A stretch of 35,919 nucleotides of DNA from Candidatus Xenobia bacterium (GTDB lineage Bacteria > Vulcanimicrobiota > Xenobia > Xenobiales > QWHO01): the NCBI GenBank assembly GCA_045863235.1, contig BTUM01000081.1, positions 1 through 35,919 on the forward strand, in the 5' to 3' direction. Positions 27,941 to 35,596 of this stretch are shown in pieces (positions within the stretch are counted from its first letter, which is position 1; the number at the start of each line of letters is the position of its first letter). The translations under genes and the position numbers were made by a program. Below the pieces are notes generated by a model. That model saw nothing but the letters and a program-made list of their open reading frames with translations, was not told where the DNA came from and searched no databases.

Positions 27941-29218
27941 TCACTGAGGTCGAGATCGCCGACTCAGACGGATCCCCCCCACGGCCAGGTAACCCAGGCC
28001 CTCTGAGATTGCGGCGGAGGGCCCGGCCTGTTGCGCGATCGCTTGCACCTGACGCAGCTCGCGGAAGTGCTCCTCGGCTCCCTCCTCAAAGCGCAGAGCC
28101 GAGTCGGGACGGGGTTTGTTGTCTTGCTCGAGCCTCTCCCAGTTGACGTAACCCTGGCCCAGGCTGATCTCCATGTCTTGCGCGTCCCGCAGCATCAGCC
28201 ATTCATAGCTCTGATGCAGCTCTTTGGCAAAGCCCAATCGCTCCCCGTTCAGAGCCCTGAGGGCTTCGGGGCCGGGCATCACGCGCTCTAAGAAGAGCTG
28301 CGCCAGCTCGGGATTGAACTGGCCCTTCGCCGTCAGCTCCTCCAAACCGGCCCGGGCCTGCTCGTAGTCCAGGCCCAATCGCCAGGGGCGACGCTGGGTG
28401 AGGGCGTCCCAGGTGTCGGCCAGGCCCATGACCTGAGCGGTCAGCGGAATGTCGTGGCCCTTGAGCCCGTCGGGATAGCCCTGACCGTCCCAGCGCTCGT
28501 GATGGTGGCGGACGATCTCGCGCACCCCGTCCTGGCGCGCTCCCTGCCCCATGGCGCTGAAGAGCTTCTCCACCACGGGGTCGCCGCCGTCCGGAAAGCG
28601 GTTGGTACGGACCAGGACGTGACGGGCGATCTCGCGCGCCTGCTCTTCGGAGAGCGGGCCCCGGGCGTCCAGAGCCTGGCTGGAAACGCTCACCTTGCCC
28701 AGGTCGAACATGTCTCCGGCTTCGGTCAGCGCTTTCTTCTCGTCTTCGAGCAGAGCGTAGCGGGTGCCGTCCAGGGCGGTGGCAAACCGGTTGGCGACCT
28801 GGGAGGCCACCTTCATGTGCAGCTCGGTGTAGCCGTTCTCGAGATGGTGGAGAGCATAGCGCCGGTCGACGTAGGCGCTGTTCGAGTCGTTCGGGAAGCG
28901 AAGCTCGGTGGGGAGGCAGGTCTCCCGGGCTCCGTGCCAGACTCCCCCCGAGAGCTGAGCGGCGCGCTCGGGCACGATGGAGGCCAGGAAGCGCTCGTGA
29001 GGGCTGTCGAGCAGAGGGGTCGGTGCGGCCTCGGGCTCCGGAGCGGGCGCTTCCAGCGGCACCGAAGCCGTTGGTATCGTCGAGGCCGAGGACGCTTTGC
29101 GCGGGGCTGAAAGGAAGACGGCGTCCTGCTGTTCGGGAACGGCTGAATCGAGGTTTGCGCCGGCCCGAACGGGCAGGCTGGGAGCCAGGCTCTCACTCCC
29201 GGAGATCGGTCGCAGCAC
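27941..29218 (-). CDS. HD-GYP domain protein with altered HD dyad
   Basis: HHHERWDGQGYPDGLKGHDIP, LADTWDALT..RPW, GQFNP; MFDLGK in place of LHDIGK; start approximate. Confidence 0.8.
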   Translation of the reverse strand: MLRPISGSESLAPSLPVRAGANLDSAVPEQQDAVFLSAPRKASSASTIPTASVPLEAPAPEPEAAPTPLLDSPHERFLASIVPERAAQLSGGVWHGARETCLPTELRFPNDSNSAYVDRRYALHHLENGYTELHMKVASQVANRFATALDGTRYALLEDEKKALTEAGDMFDLGKVSVSSQALDARGPLSEEQAREIARHVLVRTNRFPDGGDPVVEKLFSAMGQGARQDGVREIVRHHHERWDGQGYPDGLKGHDIPLTAQVMGLADTWDALTQRRPWRLGLDYEQARAGLEELTAKGQFNPELAQLFLERVMPGPEALRALNGERLGFAKELHQSYEWLMLRDAQDMEISLGQGYVNWERLEQDNKPRPDSALRFEEGAEEHFRELRQVQAIAQQAGPSAAISEGLGYLAVGGIRLSRRSRPQ

Positions 29219-29252
29219 CCTGCAAGATTCGCTGCGGTGCTGGGGGGCGCCT

Positions 29253-29951
29253 TCAGCTCGCGGGACTGGAGCGTGGGCGGGTGGGCAGGTGAGCGCCTCC
29301 CACCAGCACCCGCCCGTCCTGCTCTTCGACCCCGGCCCCGCGAGCCTGGACCCCCTCGAGCAGGCTGGTGACCTGCCCGCGGGCGCGCAGGGGATGGTCG
29401 TCGGCCAGGCCGTCGGTCGAGTCGATGTAGACCCCCATGACCGACGCCTGGTTGACGTGCTGGTAGCTCTCCAGGGTGTGCATTCGGCCCGGATTGCGGG
29501 TGGCAAAGGAGCTCTCCAGGACATACTTGAGATCGCGGCAGACCAGCGCCGGCTCAGCCAGGTTCCGCTCCACCCGTCTGCTGGCCATCCAGCCGGCCAC
29601 GGCGCCGGCCCCCACGGCCAGGGCCACCGGGATGGCCGCAAAAGTCAGGGCCACCGTGGCTCCCACGGCTCCGGCGGCCAGGATGCCCAGCCCCGCCTTG
29701 CGCGCCAGCGAAGCCTTCTGCTCGTGAGGGTGGGCCTGCAGCTCCAGGCGGCGGAGCAGGTCAGCGCGCTCGAGGGTCTGACCGTGCAGACCGGCCAGGA
29801 ACCGGTCGTGGGGTGCCTCGATCTGGAGCGGCCCGTCCGAGCTGGTGTAGAGCTCAATCTCGGCGGTGGAGCCCCGGCGCTCGAGGCGCAGCTGGTTGAC
29901 CTTCAAAGCCGGGTCGTGCAGGCCCCGGGCGCGAAAGACGGGGGAATTCAT
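29253..29951 (-). CDS. Hypothetical membrane protein
   Basis: Two adjacent hydrophobic Ala/Gly-rich helices; fills the gap between HD-GYP gene and gshA. Confidence 0.55.
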   Translation of the reverse strand: MNSPVFRARGLHDPALKVNQLRLERRGSTAEIELYTSSDGPLQIEAPHDRFLAGLHGQTLERADLLRRLELQAHPHEQKASLARKAGLGILAAGAVGATVALTFAAIPVALAVGAGAVAGWMASRRVERNLAEPALVCRDLKYVLESSFATRNPGRMHTLESYQHVNQASVMGVYIDSTDGLADDHPLRARGQVTSLLEGVQARGAGVEEQDGRVLVGGAHLPTRPRSSPAS

Positions 29952-30033
29952 CCTTCCATGGATACCACGCTCGGCTGAAAAGGCTCTCAAATGGGCGCAG
30001 GGTTCCCCCCGCTCGGCGTGAAAGCGCAGCCAG

Positions 30034-31245
30034 ATGGACCTGACACCCATCGCCCCCACTGCCGGGGCCACCCAACGCATGGGCCTGGAGGTCGAGATGC
30101 TCGGCTTCGATGCCCAGACTTTCGCCCCGCTGGGCCTGCCCGAGGCGCGCCTGAGCCCCCAGAGCCTGCTGACCCGGATGCACGAGCTCTCTCCGGGCAG
30201 CCATCTCAAGGTCGATTCCCCCACCGGGGTGGTGGTCGGCCTGGAGCTGGCGGGCGGGAACTTCAGCCTGGAGCCGGGCGGGCAGGTGGAGTACGCAACC
30301 AGTCCCCACGCCACGCTCTCGGAGCTGCTCGAGGACCTGGTCGGGGGCTTGCGCTTGCTGGAGGAGGCGGCCGCGGGGCAGGCGGTGTTCCTCGACCACG
30401 GCACCAACCCGGTGGCCGACGCCGAGCTGCCTTTGCTGGTGCCCAAGCATCGCTACCAGATCTTGACGCGCTACTTCGCTTCTCAGCCCGGTGGGCGGGG
30501 GATCGACATGATGCGCTATTCGGCCACCTCCCAGCCCAACCTGGACATCCCCGACGGTTGGGCCGACGCCGTGCGTCTCACCCTCGCCCTGACGCCGGCG
30601 GCTCGAGCGCTGTTCGCCAACTCGCGCTACTTCCACGGACGAAGGACCGGTCCGGGCTCGGAGCGACAGCGCATCTGGGCGGCCATCGACGCGAGCCGCA
30701 CGGGGATCCCTCCCATCGCCCAGGCCCCCGACCTGGCCCAAGCCTACGCCGAGTGGGCCGAGAACGCCTACGTCTTCCTGGTGGGGGACCTCCCGCTCGA
30801 GGAGCAGCCCCTCTATGGCGAGCTGCGCTTCAAGGATTGGGCCTCTGAGGGCTACCGGGGCACCCATCCCGGCGGTGCCGACTGGGAGACGCACCTGGCC
30901 ACCCTCTTTCCCGATCTCCGCCTGCGTCGCTTTCTGGAGATTCGCATGGTGGACGCCCAGACCTATGAGCACGCGCTGGCCCCGATGGCCTTCTGGGCTA
31001 CCGTGCTGCAGCAGGCCGAGCACCGCGAGCGGGTCTGGCGGCACGTTCAGGACGAGCCGATCAAGCTTCTCGAGCTGGCCGCCGAGCTGGCCCAGGACGA
31101 TCTGGCCAGCAAGAGCCTGCGGGCCTACCTGCGCTGGGTAGAGGCCCGCGAGCAGCTTGACTACCCTGCAGCCGGGCTCGATTTCGTGAAGGCGACGGCC
31201 ACTCGCTCTCCGGCCAGCCAGCTGCTTAGCGTCGTGGGAGTTTGA
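30034..31245 (+). CDS. gshA: Glutamate--cysteine ligase (GCS2 family, GshA/EgtA-like)
   Basis: GLEVE, FSLEPGGQVEYATSP, VPKHRY, DMMR, ALFANS, HLATLFPDLRLRRFLEIRMVDA. Confidence 0.85.
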   Translation: MDLTPIAPTAGATQRMGLEVEMLGFDAQTFAPLGLPEARLSPQSLLTRMHELSPGSHLKVDSPTGVVVGLELAGGNFSLEPGGQVEYATSPHATLSELLEDLVGGLRLLEEAAAGQAVFLDHGTNPVADAELPLLVPKHRYQILTRYFASQPGGRGIDMMRYSATSQPNLDIPDGWADAVRLTLALTPAARALFANSRYFHGRRTGPGSERQRIWAAIDASRTGIPPIAQAPDLAQAYAEWAENAYVFLVGDLPLEEQPLYGELRFKDWASEGYRGTHPGGADWETHLATLFPDLRLRRFLEIRMVDAQTYEHALAPMAFWATVLQQAEHRERVWRHVQDEPIKLLELAAELAQDDLASKSLRAYLRWVEAREQLDYPAAGLDFVKATATRSPASQLLSVVGV

Positions 31246-33031
31246 CCGGAATTTGGAGGGGTCGGAAGCGAGCCTGGAAGAAGCGCAGGGAGGCCGGCTC
31301 GTAGGTCATCTCCAGCCCCCCGATTAAGGCGCGCCGCTGCCAGACTCGCTCCACCCCGTCCGCCACCAGGTCCATGTGCGAGTAGGTGTACACCCTCCGG
31401 GGGATGGTCAGGCGCACCAGCTCGAGCGGGGAGTCGTGGTTGTGGCCGGTTGCCTGGTCGCGCCCGGCCGAGACCAGACCGCGCTCCATCGAGCGCACCC
31501 CTGACTCGAGATAGAGCTCGGCCGCCAGCCGCTGGGCCGGGAACTCTTCCTGGGGCAAGTGGCTGAGAAACTCGCGGGCATTGAGGAATACCGCATGCCC
31601 ACCCACCGGATGGACGATGGGGATGCCGCGCTCGGAGAGCAGCCGGCCCAGGTACTGAACCTGCTCCACCCGGTTGCGCAGGTAGTCGAAGTCGGTCATC
31701 TCGTAGGCGCCCAGGGCCATGGCCTTGAGATCGCGAGCGCCCACTCCGCCGTGGCTGATGTAGACCGAGGCCAGGCGCCGGGCGCGCTCGAAGACGTCCG
31801 CGTCGTTCGTGGCCAGGACGCCCCCGATGTTGACCAGCATGTCCTTCTTGGCCGAGATGGTGCACCCGTCCCCCAGGCTCATCAGCTGGCGGATGATCTC
31901 GCGAATGCTCAGATCCTGGCAGCCCGGCTCTCGGGTCTTGATGAAGTAGGCGTTCTCGGCCACCCGGGTGGCGTCGAAGTAGAGCGGGATGCGGTAGTAG
32001 CGGGCGATCTCGGAGACGCGCCGGGAAGCCGCCAGGCTGATCGGCTGACCGCCCGCCATGTTGACGTTGGTCTCCAGGCAGATGTAGGCGATCCGCTCGG
32101 GGCCCTGCTCGGTGATCAGGCGCTCGAGCCGGTCGGGATCGAGGTCTCCCTTGAAGGGACACTGGCTGTTCGGGTCGGTGGCTTCCGAGCGGATCAGATC
32201 CACGAAGATTCCCCCCGCCCGCTCCTGATGCTCGCGGGTGGTGGTGAAGTAGAGGTTGTTGATGACCATCTGGCCCGGCCGGATCAGGGTGCGCGACAGG
32301 ATGTGCTCCACCGCTCGGCCCTGATGGGCGGGCAGCATGAAGCGGAAGCCGAGCACGTCCTGGATGGCCCGCTCGAGGTCCTCCCAGGCCTCGGTCCGGC
32401 CTTCCGCTTCGCGCGAGGCGACCATACCCGCCCACTGCTCGCTGGACATGGCGTTGGTGCCCGAGTCGGTCAAGAGGTCGATATAGACCTCGCGCGAGGG
32501 GATCAGGAAGGTGTTGTAGCCCGCCTCCTCGAGCACCCGGGCGCGGCGGTCGCGATCGTTGAGGGCCATGGTTTCGACCACCCGATGGACGAAGGGCTCG
32601 GGCCGAGGCCGCCCGCCAGCTCCGAGCGGCACCTCTCCGCGCACCACCAGCTCGCAGCGGGGCTGGAACCGCTCGCCCTGGACCTGGAAGGGGCGCAGCC
32701 CCTTCCAGTGGGACAGCTCGGCCAGGGCGTCCAGCGCATAGACCAGCTGCATCTCGGTGTAGACGCGCCGGGGCACGCGCAGCAGCAAGAGATCGGGTGC
32801 CTCCTCGGGGAAGAAGCTGCCGGGAATGGCCGCCCGCACTCCCGAGGAGAGATAGAGGGCGGCCGCCAGGGCAGCCGCCCGGCTCCCCCGGCCCTTGAGC
32901 ATGCGCTCGGCCTCCAGGGCCACTCCGTCCGTGCCGGCCGAGGTCTGCACCGGCAGTCCCCGCTCATGCAGCTCCCGCACCAAGAAGTCGAGCTTGCGGC
33001 GCCGGAAGTGGTGGTAGCCCAGGTCGCTCAT
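31226..33031 (-). CDS. tpl: C-terminal part of a degenerate TPL fold fused to a full PLP-binding tyrosine phenol-lyase domain (~31226-32600)
   Basis: IDLLTDSGT, YFTTTR, NMAGGQP, DATR, SAKKD, GVRSMERG, RLTIPRRVYT, LRFF (TPL-type); GDEAYAGS motif absent. Confidence 0.8.
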   Translation of the reverse strand: MSDLGYHHFRRRKLDFLVRELHERGLPVQTSAGTDGVALEAERMLKGRGSRAAALAAALYLSSGVRAAIPGSFFPEEAPDLLLLRVPRRVYTEMQLVYALDALAELSHWKGLRPFQVQGERFQPRCELVVRGEVPLGAGGRPRPEPFVHRVVETMALNDRDRRARVLEEAGYNTFLIPSREVYIDLLTDSGTNAMSSEQWAGMVASREAEGRTEAWEDLERAIQDVLGFRFMLPAHQGRAVEHILSRTLIRPGQMVINNLYFTTTREHQERAGGIFVDLIRSEATDPNSQCPFKGDLDPDRLERLITEQGPERIAYICLETNVNMAGGQPISLAASRRVSEIARYYRIPLYFDATRVAENAYFIKTREPGCQDLSIREIIRQLMSLGDGCTISAKKDMLVNIGGVLATNDADVFERARRLASVYISHGGVGARDLKAMALGAYEMTDFDYLRNRVEQVQYLGRLLSERGIPIVHPVGGHAVFLNAREFLSHLPQEEFPAQRLAAELYLESGVRSMERGLVSAGRDQATGHNHDSPLELVRLTIPRRVYTYSHMDLVADGVERVWQRRALIGGLEMTYEPASLRFFQARFRPLQIPVKLPRR

Positions 33032-33908
33032 CTCGCGCCATGGCCTGCAGATCCCGGCCGGCCTGCCCGCCGTAAGTGTGCAGCCCCTCGAAGACGACCA
33101 CCAGGCTGCGCAGCGGCTCGAGGTGGTCGACCTGGCGACCGGCGATGAGGCCGCCGGTCTGGCAGAACGCGTCCTCTCGGCCCGAGAGGTAGACCAGGTC
33201 AGCCAGGGAGGTGTAGCTCCGCATCAACCGCTCCAGGCTCTCGGAGAGCTCCTCCATCTCGCGCAGGTAGTAGCAGGCGCTGCCGAGGCGGGTGGCGTCC
33301 AGGACCAGTGGGACGGCTCGCGAGCGACACCTCTGCGCCACCTGCTCGAGGTTGGACAAGGACAGCACGCTGCCCCCCAGCAGCGGAACCGAGGCCGTGG
33401 CCACCACCGCGGCCACCTCTTCGGTCGCCAGGGCGCGCTCCAGGCCGGCCAGGTCGAAGTCTCCCCCGAAGAGACCGGCGGACTGGCCGCACAGGTCGAG
33501 CACCGTGCCGCCCTGGTCGGTGGCCAGCGGCCTCAGCGTGGCCAGGCTCTTGTTGGTCAACACCACCTGACCGGGACGCATCAGGATTCTCAGCAAGAGG
33601 TTTTCGGCCCCACGCCCCGAGTGGGTGGGCACCACCCAGTCCAGGCCCAGTTGCTCGCGCACCGCTGCTTCCAGAGCATAGAAGCTCTCGCTGCCGGCAT
33701 AGGCCTCGTCGCCCATGGCCAGGGCCGCCCACTGCCGGTCGCTCACCGCCGCCGGCGAGGCGGCCGAGCCCAGGTCGAGATAGACTGACTTGCGGGCCAG
33801 CCGGTGCACATTCCAGCCGGCGCCCTCCAGGGCCAGGTGGCGTTGCTCGGGGCTGGGCTGGTGGATTTTTTCCACCATCTTGACGCGATAGGGCTCGGCG
33901 TAGTGCAT
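32964..33908 (-). CDS. N-terminal part of a degenerate TPL fold lacking the PLP lysine; frameshifts into the downstream ORF at ~33035
   Basis: AEPYRVKMVE, GDEAYAGSESFY, PTHSGRGAENLL, SGRED (for SGKKD), EGLHTYGGQAGRDLQAMA; GGAGG SD. Confidence 0.8.
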   Translation of the reverse strand: MHYAEPYRVKMVEKIHQPSPEQRHLALEGAGWNVHRLARKSVYLDLGSAASPAAVSDRQWAALAMGDEAYAGSESFYALEAAVREQLGLDWVVPTHSGRGAENLLLRILMRPGQVVLTNKSLATLRPLATDQGGTVLDLCGQSAGLFGGDFDLAGLERALATEEVAAVVATASVPLLGGSVLSLSNLEQVAQRCRSRAVPLVLDATRLGSACYYLREMEELSESLERLMRSYTSLADLVYLSGREDAFCQTGGLIAGRQVDHLEPLRSLVVVFEGLHTYGGQAGRDLQAMARDERPGLPPLPAPQARLLGAGAA

Positions 33909-33960
33909 GGCAAGGTCCTCCGTGGTGAGGCCATTCTAGGCGGGGTCCGGAGGGTGGAAA

Positions 33961-33974
33961 CTGATCCGGATCAG
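33961..33974 (-). promoter_or_regulatory. Crp/Fnr-type palindrome with -10 TAGAAT (33933-33938)
   Basis: CTGATCCGGATCAG; 22 bp to -10; contains the porin stop codon. Confidence 0.75.
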
Positions 33975-35539
33975 GGCAGCTTGAAGTTGTACTCGAGGAA
34001 GAAGAAGTTCCCGTTCGGATTGGCCGGGAAGCTCGACTGGATCACCGCTCCCCCGAAGACGTGCCCGAAGTAGGCCGACAGCTTGTGGTTGGAGTCGAAC
34101 TGGTGCTCAACGCCTATGTCCACGAGGTTGGCCAGCCCCGTATTGCCGCCGCTGGGCCGGCCAGCATAGCCATTGATCAGCGTGCGCCGGGTGGGTCCCG
34201 CTCCCACGTACCAGAGGTCGGCCGCCTGCGCGAGGCGCAGGTTGTGGAACTCGAGGCGTGCGGTGGTCTGGTCTCCGGGCTTGAGCATGAGCTGGACGAA
34301 CAAATCCTGCAGATTGGACTCGGTGTAGAACGGGGTCAGGGCATACAGCCGGATGGTGGGCAGCGGGGCCACAAAGGTGCCGTGCACGTTGTCGTTGGGG
34401 TTGGCGTCGCCCGAGTAGTAACTGTAGCCGCCCCGCAGCCAGGGCTCCCAGCCGGTTTCCTTGAACTTGTAGCCCAGCTCGGCGCTGAAGGCGTCGGCCC
34501 GGTGGGTCTGCTGACCCCAGCTGCCGCTCTGGTGGGCATACCAGAGCAGGGCGTCGCCGTTCTCGCCCAGCTTGTGGATGAAGTGCCCGCCCACGGTATC
34601 GATATGGTCGCCGCCTTCGGCTCCGATGAGGCCCCGCCGGGCGGGGGGGCGGTTGTCCACCTGGGGCACGTTGCGATCATCGTCGGCGTGCACCCAGAAG
34701 AGCTGGGCCTCACCGTCGCTCAGCAGCGCGCCGTTCTTGAAGGTGATGGAGAGATCGCTGATCAGGTTCTGGTTGAGCTCGGTCTGAAAGTCGGGCTCAA
34801 ATCCGCCCTGGGTGGGGATGGCCACGAATCCGGTCAGGTGCAGCTCCCCCGTGTCGCCATCCAGGCGCAGCCCGTCGAAGGTGCGGGCGAAGGGCGAGAA
34901 GTCGAAGGTGCCGATCAGGCGGTCCTTGAGGCGGGTGCGCTTGAGCCAGGCCAGGGTGGGATCCTTGGGCATGATCTCCGCCGCGCTGCCGAACTCCATC
35001 CTTCCCATCTGGGCCTGGAACCTGTCCGGGTCGCCCACTTTGAGATAGGCCTGTCGCAGCCCCAGCGAGCTGAAGTCGCTCTGGCCGGCGTGATTGTAAA
35101 GGATGGCGCCCGGGCCCATCTGCCCCACCGGGGCTGGCCCGATGGCGTTGTCGGGAAGCCCCAGGAGCTGTACGCCCTGCACCTCGACCATGCCCTCAAA
35201 GCTCTTGGGCTCTCGGTATCCGAGCCGGGCCCGCAGACGGGCGTGACCGAAGGTGTAGTCGTCCTGCAGGGGAGCCACCGGCTCGAACCAGTCCCAGCTC
35301 TCCCCGCGAAGGCGCAGGTCGCCTTCCAGGATGGCGGTGCCCGGGGCCGGCGAGGGCTGGGGGGCCGGCGAGGCCTCCGGAGCCGGCGAGGCCTGGGGGG
35401 CCGGCAAGGCCTCCGGGGACGGGGAGGCCTGGGCGGCCGGAAAGGCCTCCGGGGCAAGGGGTGAGGGTGCCGGCGACGGGGCCTGCCCCCAGGCCCCCAA
35501 CGAAAGGAGCGTCCACCACAACAACGCCAGCACCCTCAT
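33971..35539 (-). CDS. Alginate-export-family outer-membrane beta-barrel with Pro/Ala-rich linker
   Basis: Signal peptide, LRLRGESW, LRQAYL, GRMEF, RLIG, RTFDGLRL, YSGDANP, terminal FFFLEYNFKL strand. Confidence 0.8.
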   Translation of the reverse strand: MRVLALLWWTLLSLGAWGQAPSPAPSPLAPEAFPAAQASPSPEALPAPQASPAPEASPAPQPSPAPGTAILEGDLRLRGESWDWFEPVAPLQDDYTFGHARLRARLGYREPKSFEGMVEVQGVQLLGLPDNAIGPAPVGQMGPGAILYNHAGQSDFSSLGLRQAYLKVGDPDRFQAQMGRMEFGSAAEIMPKDPTLAWLKRTRLKDRLIGTFDFSPFARTFDGLRLDGDTGELHLTGFVAIPTQGGFEPDFQTELNQNLISDLSITFKNGALLSDGEAQLFWVHADDDRNVPQVDNRPPARRGLIGAEGGDHIDTVGGHFIHKLGENGDALLWYAHQSGSWGQQTHRADAFSAELGYKFKETGWEPWLRGGYSYYSGDANPNDNVHGTFVAPLPTIRLYALTPFYTESNLQDLFVQLMLKPGDQTTARLEFHNLRLAQAADLWYVGAGPTRRTLINGYAGRPSGGNTGLANLVDIGVEHQFDSNHKLSAYFGHVFGGAVIQSSFPANPNGNFFFLEYNFKLP

Positions 35540-35573
35540 GGCCAGAGTGTGCCCGCCCGCGGTCCGGGTCTCA

Positions 35574-35587
35574 TTGATCTGGATCAA
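35574..35587 (-). promoter_or_regulatory. Consensus Crp/Fnr box with -10 CACACT (35546-35551)
   Basis: TTGATCCAGATCAA; 22 bp to -10; 6 nt to ATG 35539. Confidence 0.85.
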
Positions 35588-35596
35588 GCCTTCGGT

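Noticed and set aside
480..35464. Long alternative-frame and antisense ORFs (e.g. 480-1499, 7472-8971, 20006-21574, 24281-25909, 31559-33148, 34061-35464)
   Set aside because: Shadow ORFs typical of high-GC DNA, overlapping well-supported genes and lacking family motifs
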